Assembly: GCF_026571515.1 (NCBI RefSeq) | Contig: NW_026865682.1 | Span: forward strand, 124,001-188,000 | Direction: 5' to 3' | Length of the DNA: 64,000 nucleotides | DNA from: Ruditapes philippinarum | Taxonomy: Eukaryota | In this document: positions 50,560-64,000 of the stretch, in pieces | Numbering within the stretch: the first letter of the stretch is position 1 | How the letters are laid out: every line of letters starts with the position of its first letter | Translations under genes and position numbers: made by a program | Notes under the pieces: generated by a model | What the model was told of the DNA's origin: nothing | The model's input: the letters and a program-made list of their open reading frames with translations, nothing else | The model's database searches: none

Positions 50560-50757
50560 TCACTTGACAGGTAAAAGTGGTCGTTTAATGAAAAAATGGA
50601 TCTCAATTAGCTGACTTATTAGCGGTCGTTGGTCGCGTTGAGTAAAAGTCGCTGAATACATGAAAGATATAGAGAGAAAATGAACGGGGGGAATTGAAAG
50701 TAGGCGCATAAGACAGAAGTCGCTTAATACACGTGATTGCATGGGCAAGTTAGACTG
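50560..50757 (-). mobile_element. Tc1/mariner-like MITE fragment
   Basis: Minus-strand end TA|CAGTCTAACTTGCCC...TATTAAGCGAC with repeated AGCGAC/ACGACC motifs. The other TIR was not found. Lies inside the Y1-specific insertion. Confidence 0.45.
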
Positions 50758-53700
50758 TATATAATATTTTCCCGTGGTCATGTTTCATAAGAATAAAAAA
50801 AATAAGATTTTGTATCTAACTTAAAACAACATTCAATACGCGAAATGTGCAGAAATAGTTAAATTTATCTTGTTTCATAATACCTGCCAAAATCCAAGAC
50901 ACAATGATTTCTTCGCGTTGAAGGATACATAAGAACTCATGAAGTGAAGTAAAGAAAAACTGGCTGACAGAGCTGCAAATTAATTAATTGCATTAAATGA
51001 AAGTGATGTTTAGTAAAGACATAAACATTTGGAGCCAGCCTTATTAAACTAAGACTATATCAATGCATTGGGTCATTTGAAATCTGGCATTGTACACGCT
51101 TTGCAAACAGGATGTTATGAACAAGAGGGGCTTTCTTCAACAAAAACACTATCCTAATTATTTACTTATGATGGGCTGTTTAAATTTAGATATTATGTTC
51201 ACAAAAAATTGGATTGTCTTTACATTTTAAACATATGTACAAATAATTTGTTACGTTTTGCTAGTTTCTATTTTGAGCATGGAATGACAGATGGAAATGA
51301 GCTCGTTTAAAATCATAATGAACATGATAAAGTTATAACAGCTGATTAAAGGTCGGAAAAGCTTTTTTTTACAATGAAGCAATAAAAAGGGACTTGTTTT
51401 ATATCGCGTAGATAAATGCATGTCATATCTTATGTCATATAACCATCAATCATTGAAATCTATATAATAATTATTTCCATTCATCTACATTGATATTGTT
51501 TTGAATAATTTTAAAGTTACAAATCAAATTGAAAAGAAAATATTAACGGAACATTTTCTTTTTCAATAATAAGTCTCAGTATGTAAATTGTTAAAAAAAG
51601 AATCGTTCTTAGTATGCGATTATATATTTGCATCTGATATCGTCAACATTTAACAAAAAATTGCGAATTGCGATAAATGGAAAACGAGTTTAGCTCACAG
51701 TTTGGCATGTGTAGGCTCGTGTCTAAAATTATATGACCTTTACAGTGCCGGTGCCACAAGATATCTAACAAACCAAACAAAAACAAAATTAAAGTCAAAG
51801 ACGATAAATATTTCTATACATGCGTATTTAAAATGTATAGACTAAGTGAAATCCTCAAACCGTTTTCTTTGAATAACACAATCACTTGATAGTGTAAGTA
51901 AACAATGCTTAGCTTATTTGTTGCGTTTTGTTTCTTTTTACGAAAATAGATTCTGCATTAACTAATTCTTTTCTTGTTATCAAAAAGATTTATTTAAATC
52001 ATGCATCTTGCAATATTTAGTTCACTTAATATATAATCTTCTGCGTATTTTGAAGATGACAAAATATGTATCCTAACATTTACTCACTTAAAATGACATA
52101 TCTTAAGCTATTTCAGAAATGAAGAATAATGGCATAGCTTTTAAAAATCTTATCGAATAAAAGCAAAAACCTTTAAAATGCAAAATAATCATTATGAAAG
52201 ATGGCTTTTACTATTCATTAATTTACTTGTATACGTAAATGGAAATATCTCTGTTATGGATTATTTTCTTTCATGTAGAAAATACTGACAATTGCTATAC
52301 AGTTTCTTAAAAAAAAACAATCTTGAGTACACAGAGACGATACGTTACATTTTACAAGCTACAACACAATATAGTGTCATTGATACATTGACAGTTTGTT
52401 TTAAGAAAGTACCAAAATAAACTTGACTAGTTATAGGATATGCAGCTTCACATACATTGTTTATGCATTCTCTTATTTAAAAAACATACTCAGTATTGTT
52501 TTAAATTTCAATAAAATTCTGGAAGAAATTTATTTTATCAGAAAATGAATTTTGTATTGAACATATTCATTTATAAATAAAGTAAAAGCAATGAAAAAAT
52601 AACATTTTGTTCTCCATTACAGAAAATAATAATTCTACAAAAATGTCACAATGCTAGAAGTAATTATACTCAATTAGAAAATAACTTCACCTGCCTTTAG
52701 TTCAATATTACAAGTAATTCGATTCGAAGCCTTCTAAACGGAAAAAGTAGGTTGCCACCCTCTCTAATATTGAACGGATCTGCTTGGGGTAAAAAGTGCC
52801 TGTGTTTCTCTAATCGATGTGCAAATCAAAAAAACTTTGATTCATACTATAAATTTACTTACGGGCATATAATTGCATTTATCAAATAAATCGATCATGT
52901 TTATGACGTAAACATGAACAAACTTCATGAATTATTTATAGATACACAAAAGTAGATATTTGAAGCAACCGTTACTGTATGATGATGGATAATATACTTT
53001 AAAACAGAGATGCATGTTTAAAGCAGTTATCTGAGAACTAAGGAGTTCAACAGGATAATATAGTATTCAAAAGTCTATATCGTGTTACTGAAAACTGTTT
53101 CACGTATTAAGGAAAATTCAAAAGCTCTATAAAGTAATGGAACTGATTTACATCAATGTCGTAATCAAGTCGATAAACTTGTTGTAATTGTTCATTGCGC
53201 GTTCTTAACTTCAATTATATTGCATAAATTCCAAATGTGTTTATTAATATATTCCCCTGTTTATTCTCAATAAATCACTTACGAAAGTAACGATCTTACA
53301 TACTTACAAATAGAGATAAATTTGTCTGTTTAATGTTTTATCTTAATTATTCTGTCACTCAAAAATTGTTGAGACTTAAGATGTTCCAACATAAATAGAG
53401 CCTTCGATAAAGTGCATACTTTTATCTTATTATTATGTTATTGCTAGATTCTGTTATTAGAAATAACCAAGAAAAAAACATATCATTAACAAAATTGTTA
53501 CCTAAAATGTATGACTTTATAACGAAAACTATGTCAATTAGAATATACGCGATGCAATTTTATATACTTGTAGGTTATCAATTAGTTATTTTCTTACATA
53601 CTAAGTTGCACTAAAATGCTGCTACACCTCAATTTACAATTAAGATATAATTTCGTTCCATCAACAATTTTACTCAACACAAACATCTGTTTTAATACTT

Positions 53701-54729
53701 TAACATAGCAGTATAATGAAACGCAGTGTATAAAATGACATACTGAATGATACCTTTTTATAATTCTTACATTTAAAGCAAAGCATTATGAAGATACAAC
53801 ATTGGTCTGTATGTGCAATTGTAACCATAAGCATTTCATTGTATCTTATAAAGTACACGCAAGTCATAAAGCGCTTATACGAGTCAACGGATAGAAACAT
53901 CCGTATTATGTAAGTGACAAATACGGTAAGGTAAATGAAAGTGTATGACTTACTTTCTTTTTTGAATCCCATCTTAGCTGTGCATAGCGAAGTCAGAAAC
54001 AGAAACCTATACTAAATTGGCCGTGGCCTTTTTTTTACTAAGCTGGTGTTTTCATCCGTCATTCATGATTTTTCTTTGTTAATAATGTTTCTCTGTATGA
54101 AATAACTTATGATACGTAAAATCGTAAATTGAATCTTTTTAGTCTTAAACTCTTAACTAGGTATCAAATAAAAGAGAAATGTTGTAGTAGTCCGTTCTGA
54201 AGACATTTAATTTGCAACTCGGTTATTTTGAAAAAAATGGCTTAAATTGTCATTTCACGGTTATAAGTTATACTAGCCACATTATTATTTACGACACTGA
54301 CTGATGTTTGCGAATGTATTATAAACAATGCGAATAAAAAATATACCAATATCTACAACATATTAGAATATTCTCTTGTTTTTTCTCTTGCTTTATTTAC
54401 TGGTTTTCTTAAGCTTTATTTGTTGTTTATCTTATATGAATGAATTAATTATCTTTCTTCCATCATTAGTCCTCGGCAAATATTTTGAATGGACGAAAAC
54501 GGAGATTTTTGAGACTTTAAAAGGCACGCTTATGAATATAAATCTTTATCTGAAAAACAAAAAAATAAAGTTTCATGCTTTATATTTCATCCCTGTTCTC
54601 ATATATTTTACAGTTCATCTCGTTTGAGATTTTTGTATTCCTTGTCTTAACTATTTTGAAGTTATTACCATTCTAAATCAGAAACATTTCTTAAGAGTAT
54701 TTTTATTGGTATGTTTAATAGGTATCGTT

Positions 54730-56730
54730 TTATGAAATTTGCCTATACTCACCTTACTTCAAATACCAACTTTCATTTACCTAATTTGTTTTAAAATGAA
54801 TGTAATAGCTTTGTACATTTCCTTTGTGCTTTCTTGTGATATTTAATGTGATACAAAGTCTCTGTAGGCATGGATGATATGCTTCTCGTGTAAACGAGAA
54901 AACCTTCTTTGATAAAAGTTTATAGCATGTTACAGAGAGTATTTCCAAAACCGATTTTATGAACGGAAGTTTTAAATATCTATATATAAGTTAATTGTGA
55001 ATGAAGAAACAACACACGCAAACTTGTAGATTTATAATATAAATGACATTCGCAAGTAAAGTGTTCTTTACAAAATGAGTCATTAGGTTTATTTATTAAC
55101 ATTTATAGTGATTCAACTAATCTAAGTCGACTTTGATCTAAATGATTACAAAGGCCATTACAGTCGTTGGATCTTAAACGGGAAAAAACGCGGTATTTCA
55201 ATGACAGCAAAATGTTTACATTTGAAACATGATTAATATTTTCCTTTCCTAATGCAACATTGTGACAACGTTAAGGTTATATCTTAAAAAAATATTCTTT
55301 TTGTTGACGTTATTTTTGTGAAACAAATTCTTTTACATCCGATAAAATAATATCATCGCATCTATTGTACGAGATCTCTTCATAATTTGGAAAAAAAACA
55401 TGTTCAAAGGTTATCAGATAATTGAAGGGTCTTATTCAAAAACTCGAATTTTTTTAATATTACATAAGATTTATTTTAATATTTGCTCAGATATCACTTC
55501 TATTTATTCATACATTACATATCTCGTGAATTCAATTAATTTCTGTCAAAAAATTATAATTCACCATTTGGACAAATAAAATTCCATCTGTTCAAATAAT
55601 TGAATATAAACTACGAATATATTCTTTTTTATAGATAGCAAAGGATTTATCCAGATAATGTTGGGATTTCCTGTCATTCATGAGATTCAGTGGACATAAA
55701 ATACACATTATATAAATGTCACTATACCTTCTTTTTGACAACTATACGAATAATTAAACTTTACAATCAATATTGCTGTTAATACAAGTAAACTATGGTA
55801 TCCTTTTAGTAAAAGGGACATAACGAAAAATGTCCTTATAAAATAGAGCAAATGCCAATCCCTAAAGAAAGTCCAAAACGGTGAAATTGAAATGTTGCAG
55901 GTTCGGTTTGATTGAGCTTCTTTATGAACTGTACCTATAAGGTAAACAATTTATCAACGTTGATAATACATGTTTATTATTTGGTCCTTGCACTATCTTT
56001 TCCTTTAAATAACGTTTCAATTTCAGGTTTATCGGATATCGTATGCTTTTATTTTGTGTATTGTATAATTATATGCTGGAAGAAAATTTAGTTGTGGAAA
56101 AAATCTGCACTTAAAATATTTTAAAATAAAACGATAAATCAAAGACTTTTTTATCATCGACACAAAAAATTTAATCATACATATTAAAGTGCAATTCTTT
56201 ATAATAGATGGAAAATACGTTCAAAGTAATCATATCTTTTCAGTCATAACAGGAAAGATTCCAGTACTCGTCATAGATTTCTTTCATACTAAAGCATAGA
56301 TACATTTTCAGTTTGCAATTATATGTTCATGGACTAAACTTAGACGTAGGTACTGACACATGCCAGGTTAGAGTCACATCGTAGATATTTTATTTAAACT
56401 GGATCGATCTGATCACAAAAAACTTATCACATTAAACCAGTTTCATAATAGCATCAAATAAACCTGACAATTTTTACCCCCAGCAGATCCATTCAATCAT
56501 AAATAGGCTATTTACGTGATCGTTTCCGTTTAGAAAACCTCAATTGCAGCCAATATTGACTGACAGGCATGTAACAGAATGTGGCATGATCGGTAAAGCA
56601 AAACGTCCATTTTTGTAATATTTGTGTCTGTACCGATTATCAGGAAAACAGAATTGTAAGTTTATAATGTAGGCGGTCTATAAGAGATGTTTTAATTATT
56701 TTTTAATTACTAAATACAGCTTTTTGTGAT
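54730..56730 (+). repeat. Duplicated block b2
   Basis: Colinear with 45430-47850; best conserved at 56410-56690 vs 47530-47810. Confidence 0.9.
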
Positions 56731-57529
56731 ATATATAACTTATCATGATATTTTTCTGTATAAATAAAGTATCTAACCACAAAACATTAATTATTTTGAT
56801 CTCAGGCATTCCGTCAATAATCCAAATCAGACGGTGTTATTAATGCTAGAACATATACATGAACAAAACCCTGAAAAGATGACGTTTAGTTAAGGCTAAT
56901 GTCTAAAACATATGAATTTTAAGATAATAAAAGTCTTAAACATGTCCTTAAACACTTCACCAAGTTCACTGATTATAAGCATATAATGTCAAAAGGTGAT
57001 GACCAGGGAAAAATTTAATTCTTCTTAACCTTTTATGGTGGCAGTAAATGTACTGATTACTACTGTGTAAGAAAACTTTCCCTTATTTCAGTACGAAATA
57101 ATTAAAATTAGATAGAATAAACTCTTTATTGCATTCAATGAAATGTCATATGAGTTCATGCTTACTAGCTAAAAATAGAAAAACGACTCTTTTTAGTTCA
57201 AGTAGTTTAACTAATTTTGACACTTTCTTCCTTTCTGCGGAATAAACATTATTATAGAAGAAAGGCCAGGAGTTTATGAAACGCATCTTCCTACGGTCTT
57301 GCTAGACAAAAATAACAAAATTTGTTAATGTAAATACGACTACAGTTTATTTTCTTGCTCAAACTACATAAACAACATTTAAGTTGTTGGTTGATAATAG
57401 CCGTCTGTTTATTTCAATTTTGTTCTTTTGCACAGTAAAACCAAACAAAAACAAAACTGAACTATTTAGATGTATTGTGCGTGTGTGTTTTTTTTTTGTT
57501 TATTTTAAATGAATGTATTTTTAGGAAAT

Positions 57530-60500
57530 GATTAGCTGTCAATTTACATCAAACCCTGAGAATGATTCAGGTAATTTAAGGAGAAATTATCATCTATTAA
57601 AACAGTGCAAAGTCCGAGACAGATAGAGAAAATGAGGCAGCAGAAAGTTGGTTTAATTAAATAATAGTCGCGGTAAAGCAAACGGGAAATGACAGAACGG
57701 CGAATATATTTGACATGATTAATTTTGCCTAATAAAATAATGAAGACATGCCCACGTAATGGTTGTATTTGAGAAAAAAAAACAATTGATTTTGTTGAGA
57801 TCACCGTGTTTGAAAATTGTTCATAGACATTTCTTAAAGCAGCTGGCCTCCTGATTCATGTTAATGTATATTAAAATTTTTAGAATGTACTTAAAAGTAA
57901 AATTTTGTGAAGTGAAGAAAGAATATAATTTACACATTACAAATAGCACTTACAATCCACGTTAATTACCAAAACGGGGGGTCGTCAAATATGCAAAAAT
58001 AGCCCTACAGCGTTAGGCATTCATAAGAAATTTGGAGATATACTAGTTTACTCCAAAATCAGTCAGAACATGTAAACTATTATTTGAATCTTGAATCTTT
58101 TTATTTATCTTACGTTTTTCTCAATTTTGATGATATTAAAATATTTCGACTCATCTCGAGGCATGCAAATTTCAGAAAGGAAACGACTTTCATATACTAT
58201 AAAATATTGTATTTATATTAACAGCAAGTTGAATTCTATTAATTCATATTTCATTTGTTAAAATTCTTTTACATGTATGTGAACATAAGATGTATATTCT
58301 TACTTTAAACTAACACAATAAAGTAATTATCAAGATAAATTGAATGTTTTGTCATGTGACATGAGAATGAGCTAGAAATTACACGTTCGATACATAATGA
58401 ATCATGTGCTTATTTTCACATTATTGCAATAGCTATAATTGTACCACATTTTATTAGAGAACTGCCATCCCATATGTATATTTAAGGAAAGCACTCAATA
58501 TGTTATAAAAATGATCTTCTATTATTGTAGACTTAATAATTAGGTCTCTGCAGACACGCCACACTTTATGTAACATTCTTTTATTCATTGTAGAGAATAC
58601 TTATTACAATTTACAAATAATGTACTCCATTACCATCAGTATTTGTCTAATATGTTCCGTGTGACCACTTAAAGTAAAAAAAATACCATTCGGGTTGAAA
58701 GTTTGACACTTAAAAATGGAAAAACCCATATAATTTCACTTCAGATTCTATATATTGTTTCCTCTGACAATTACTAACTACACTAGGGCAAATGTTATTC
58801 AACACATTTTCTTATTCAATACATTTCCTTAGTTCTCTTGTTTATTCTTTTTTCGGAATTATCAAGTAGCATGGAAATCCTAAGCGTTACAAATAATTCT
58901 AAGTAAACAAAGACAAGACACAAATTTGCATCAATAAATTGCTGTCTACTAGATGGCATACATAATATCAGAATGTGTCAAAATATGGTAACCAGCTTAG
59001 CTAAATATGTTTGCTACAATAAAACAGTGTCCGCTGTCTAATGTTTATAACGACATGTCTCCTATTACTCGTATAATATTAATTATTTGATAGCATTTTA
59101 TCTAAATTATAGGACCCAACTTGACAAGACATTGTAGCGGTTGTGTACTTGACAGAGGTTCCTCCTGTGACGTTATATGACATCAGTACTGTTAAGAAAG
59201 CAGAATCTTGACTCCAAAATCAGATGTTATTTCTCGTCAAAACCGAGAGTAGATGGTAACTTTATTGTACTTGTATAAACTTACATCTTCCATATTAGGT
59301 TTCTACAAATGTTAAAACTACACAATGTATGTCTCGTTAAGTTGCCATTTGTTGCCATTAGTGTTAGAACTAAATTATTTTTCATGCGTTATAGGTTTTA
59401 ATATTCCAGAAATTTCTATATGTAGCTATTGATGTCAGTTTAAATTTATCAGTTATGTCAAATATATTTGATCGGGAATTGTTCTCTAGAACAAAAAAAT
59501 GTAATTGTTTGTGTTTCAAATAATATATCAAACACAATATTAGTAGATATTTTAACAACCCTACTCTATATTTTTAGACAAAATAATGCTGCATAAAATG
59601 AATTATTGGTTAATGTTTCAAAGAAAAATACAATCTGAGACACAAGGACTAAATTCATCTTAAGGAAATCATAAATAATCTAGCTTTGATATTGAAATGA
59701 TGATTGCGACGTATAACACAAAGAAATGTGAACTTTACATTTACTTCTCATATATTTCAAAGTCCATCTCGTTAGAGATTTTCTGTATTTCTCTATTTTA
59801 AACCAGTTTGTATTCTATCGGTATGTTTAAAATGTTATCATTTTTAAATTTTGCTAAATATACTCACCTTACTACAAATACCAACATTCAATTAAGTAAT
59901 TTGAAGGTATTACTTTGACATTGTTCATTTTCTTTGTGACTTAATATCCCCCCCCCAGTTTTGCTTTGGTACCTTCTGGGTGCCCTACTTGGCTGTGTCG
60001 GGGGGGGGCTGCGTCCCGTAAACGGTGTCTCTGCCTTGTTGATCTTTATTTTTTCCTAGTGATATTTGATGTTATACAAAGTCTCAGGAGGCATGAATGA
60101 TATACTCCTCGTGTTTACGAGAAAAACTTCTTTATCATGTTACAGAGTGTAGAGTGCTTTTAAAACCGATTTTATGAACGGACATGTTAAATATCTATAT
60201 ATAAATTAATCGTGACTAAAGGAACAACACATGCAAACTTAGATGTGGTTTAAATAAAGAATGAATAGTGTTTTTAAAACGTTCAAAGGTGTTACAGACG
60301 AGAAACGACGTGTAGCTTTATAATAAAGATGACATTCGCAATCAAGTAAAGTGTTCTTAACAAAATGAATCATTAGGTTTATTTATTGACAAATCTCATC
60401 AAACAGCTGTTACAGTAATGATTCAACTAATTTTATTCGACTTTGATCTAAATGAGTACAAAGGCCATTACAGTTTGTGGATCTTATAAGGGAAAAAATA

Positions 60501-60700
60501 TTGTTTATATTTGAAACATGAATAATATAAAATTTTCTCTTTCGTAATACAACAAAGTGACAACGTTAATAATATATCTTAAATAGTATTTTTTTTACGC
60601 AATTTCTGTGAAACAAAAATCCGACAAAATAATATCAAAGCGTCAATTTTACACAACATTCTGAATGAGGGAAATCTTGTTTCATAACCTCTCCCTGTAT
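57530..60700 (+). repeat. Duplicated blocks a3 (57530-59740) and b3 (59855-60700)
   Basis: e.g. CTGTCAATTTACATCAA at ~42536 and ~57536; TAAACAAAGACAAGACACAAATTTG at ~43658 and ~58904. Confidence 0.9.
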
Positions 60701-61699
60701 ATTTATATTTTCCATGATTAAACTTTCTTCCAGCATATATGCATTACTCAAAATAAAAGCATATGATATCCGATGAACCTGACATTGAAACGATATTCAA
60801 AGGAAAAGAAAGCCAAATGACTTTTTTATTCATATGAAAATGGTTTAGGACAATGTCTTAGAGGTAAAGCAGGCTCAAAAGCGCAACACAAATAGTGCTG
60901 CCAGTCTAAAAAGCGAATCAAATCGAAATGGAGCCGCAAAACGTATGGCATAACAAGTCTAAATTGCGCAACAATCCAAAAGCCCAAGAGGTCCATTAGT
61001 GCCTCTGTCAAAGCAAGTAATTTTCAAAGTAAATGAGACATAGCGAAATCACTGAAAAATCGGCTTAACACATGGATCTTAATTAAGATAAATGCTAGTC
61101 AATGTTCAATGTATGAATATATTATATAGTTGTTGTAATTCCTTTACAATGTTGTGATTATACTCAAAAGGTTTCCATCATATACCAATTTCAGTATTTA
61201 CACCCTGACAATGACGGCTCCCTTCGTAAGTATATTGTCTCTAAAATGACAACCCGTGTTCACTTTAGCTTCGATAAGTCTTTGTTTCGATATCAAAATC
61301 GAACGGTAGAAACCATATGCTAAACAGTTTAAAGTAAACTGCATAATTACATAACATTTGATCCTTGTAATTAAGTATACAACCTCTTGTTTGACGTAAA
61401 TGACTTACTTTTCCTCTTAATTTATAACTATAAATTTCTATAGTAGTTATGAATATGACAGGTCATAAGAACGGAAAAAAACATATTTGTAATTTCATGC
61501 TGTGTGTTTTTTTCTAAATTGTACGATTACACGATCACATTTAATATGAGCAAAAAACCAGTAACATACATGAAAGCAGTAGCAGCGTTTTTTTTAGGAT
61601 GTATAAACTATAACATCTTTGTCAATTACAATATACGAAAAATGGGTAATTACTGCTTTTTCTTCTGACGGCATTTTATGACGTTTGTATTTTTATCTT

Positions 61700-62054
61700 T
61701 TTAATTCAAATTGACAATAAAAACACTTTGTAAAGAAATTTCATTAAGAAAATGCTTAAAAGTGAAAACACTTGTGAATAAAAGTGAATAATTGCGTATA
61801 TTTATACTTGTTATTATATATATTATATCTTTGAACATAGACAGCTTAGTTAAATATAAATTATTAGTCCCTTTGATTTTCACAAAAGTACACTGATAAA
61901 TCTTTGGTAATCTTATCCTTCCTGTCTTGTTTTTTTTAGCAATACAAAGAGCACAGTGACCTTCAAAAAGTGAATAGTATAACAAATGTGCCTGATTGTC
62001 GCCGACAAAAACAAACATGATCCCTCCATTGTGACAATTTATGTCTGACGGATA
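61700..62054 (-). pseudogene. Possible relic 7TM-family coding exon (TM1-TM3 like)
   Basis: Acceptor TTTCAG at 62055-60, ATG at 62029: MEGSCLFLSATIRHICYTIHFLKVTVLFVLLKKTRQEG*DYQRFISVLL* (cf IIRLSVISCSALYLVFVCIVIFAMLKTKRIPNIARFLSIVLL), followed by a hydrophobic stretch NYSLLFTSVFTFKHFLNEISLQSVFIVNL in another frame. Confidence 0.35.
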
Positions 62055-64000
62055 CTGAAACAAATAGTTTATAAGATATAACCATATGACTACATCTTCT
62101 CACATTCTACTCTCTTAAATAAACATTTATGTTTGAATAATGATGGAACAGAAACATGTGTTTTACTTCATTGCCTCATATTTGTTTGTGTTACATGAAC
62201 TTATTGTGAGAAAACAACTGTTGGCTCTCTCGTACATGTCAATGGAATATGTGACTGTCAATAAATAAAACATGCTACTATAATTACCGTTAAAGAGCAT
62301 CATTTTGAAAGTGAACCTTTATGTTCATTAAGATTAGTAATGAATAATTTGCTTATATCAGTTTGATTAGTTTTTAAATAATTTTAAGTTACAAATCAAA
62401 TTGAAAAGGAAATATAAACGAAACATGTTTTTTTCAATAATGAGTCTCAGTGTGTTAATTTTTAAAGAGGATCATTCTTAGTATGCAATTACATATTTGC
62501 ATTTGATATCGTCAACAATTAAAATACAGTGCGTATTTATAAATGGAAAACGAGTAAAGCTCACTGTAATGCATGTGTAGGTTTGTGTCTGAAATAATAT
62601 GACTTTTACAACTTCGGTGTCACTAAATATCTAACTAACCAAACAAAAACAAAATTAATGTCAAAATTATTTCATTGTTATCAAGCAACTAACACATATA
62701 TCTTAATATTTATTTCACGTAATAGATTATCTCCTGCGTAACAATCTTGAAGATGACAAAAATATGTATCTTAAATTTTACTCACGTAATTGATACTCTT
62801 CTTAAAGATGACATATTTTAAGTTATTTCAGAAATGAAGAATAATGGTATAGCTTTTAAACATCTTACAGAATAAAAGCAAAAACCTTTTAAAATGCAAA
62901 ACAATCATTATGAAAGAAAGCTTTTACTATACATTAATTTTCTTGCATACGTAAATGTAAATATCTCTGCTATGAATTATTTTCTTCAATGCAAAATATA
63001 ACACTGTAAAACCAGTCTCTTTTCGAAATTAATGCGTTTATCCTTAAAAGATTTATTATGCTCAATTAACATATGTGAAAATACTGGCAATTGCTATAAA
63101 GTTTCTTTTTAAATGTACAATAAACAACACAGTGACGATATGCTGCGTTTTTTATGCTACATACTATAGGTAAACACAATATGAATATATAGTGTCATTA
63201 ATTCATAGGAAGACCCAGTATAAGTAAGACTTCGAAAAATTTCTGCCAGATTTTTTTTTGCGATGGATGATTTTTGTATTGAAAATATTCAATTTTCAAT
63301 AAAGTAAAAGCAATAAAACTAGCATTTCTGTTCTACGAAATGTGCAAAAAATACGCAATGCTAGAAGTAATTAAACTCCTCACCTGCCTTTAGTCAATAT
63401 TGTTAGTAATTCGAAGCTTTCTAAACGGAAACGAGTGGGTTAGCAACCTCTCTAATATTGAACGGATCTGCTTGTGCTAGAAAGTACCTGCGTTTCTCTA
63501 ATTGACGTGCAGTAGAAATGCATAAACTGTTCAAACTATGTCTTATTCTAAATGTACTTACTGGCATGACTGTTCAAACTTAAAATTGCATTGATCGCAT
63601 AAATCGAACATACTTATGACATAAATATGAACAAACCTCATGAATCATTTATTGATACAACAAAGTTGATGTTTGAAGCAACTGTTTCCGTATGATGAAG
63701 CATAGTATACTTTAAAAAAGATATGCATGATTAAAGCAATTACCAAACTGAGAACTAGGGAGTACAACAGGATAATATAGTGTTTAAAAGTCTATATCAT
63801 GTTACACAAAACATTTAAACGCATTAAGTAATTTAAAAGCTCTATATAGTAGTTGAAAGGATTTACATAAATTTTGTAATGGAATTTTATTTTATCACGT
63901 CGATAAACTTATGTTGCAATTTCTGTTGTAATTGCTCATTGCGCGTTTTAAACTTCAATAACATGTATAATGCATAAGTTTCAAATGTGTATGTTAATAT
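61790..64000 (+). repeat. Duplicated block Y2 (runs off the window end)
   Basis: Colinear with 49385-53240. Confidence 0.9.

Larger units (their letters stand above)
49385..53240 (+). repeat. Duplicated block Y1, paralogous to 61790-64000 (Y1 has an extra ~1.5 kb at ~50030-51500)
   Basis: Colinear matches 49470~61868, 49740~62141, 51515~62386, 52111~62828, 52690~63383, 53030~63748. Confidence 0.9.

Noticed and set aside
60771-60796. Second hammerhead-like string CCGATGAA...GAAACG
   Set aside because: The core has CCGATGA rather than CTGATGA and no stem II can form.

Overview
AT-rich eukaryotic genomic DNA with no operon structure. The repeat content (pearl/HINE-type Helentron derivatives with ~145-157 bp internal arrays, tRNA-SINEs with (AAAC)n tails, BEL/Pao) suggests a bivalve or other mollusc; this is inference. 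Only two ORFs look like intact host genes: paralogous single-coding-exon 326-aa seven-transmembrane receptors (10123-11103, 21238-22218; 62 aa differences by hand count, ~81% identical) in a ~5-6 kb tandem segmental duplication. Minus-strand translation of the apparently empty DNA downstream shows several decayed stretches resembling the same receptor family (~28.3-28.9, ~32.6-32.9, ~49.5, ~61.8 kb). A ~110-bp promoter/first-exon-like module occurs four times in alternating orientation. Together these suggest a birth-and-death cluster of orphan, possibly chemosensory, receptors. The first 1.9 kb is a decayed element with a vertnin/OTU-like motif, a two-finger C2H2 ORF and a minimal hammerhead ribozyme of the Penelope-like-element type. 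The remainder includes a decayed BEL/Pao LTR element with both LTR ends and a 5-bp TSD, carrying nested SINE and L1/Tx1 RT insertions; three HINE-type elements; a hAT transposase fragment between inverted repeats; and multi-kb duplications over 42.5-64 kb. Most short ORFs in the track are spurious. All alignments were done by eye; no searches were run.
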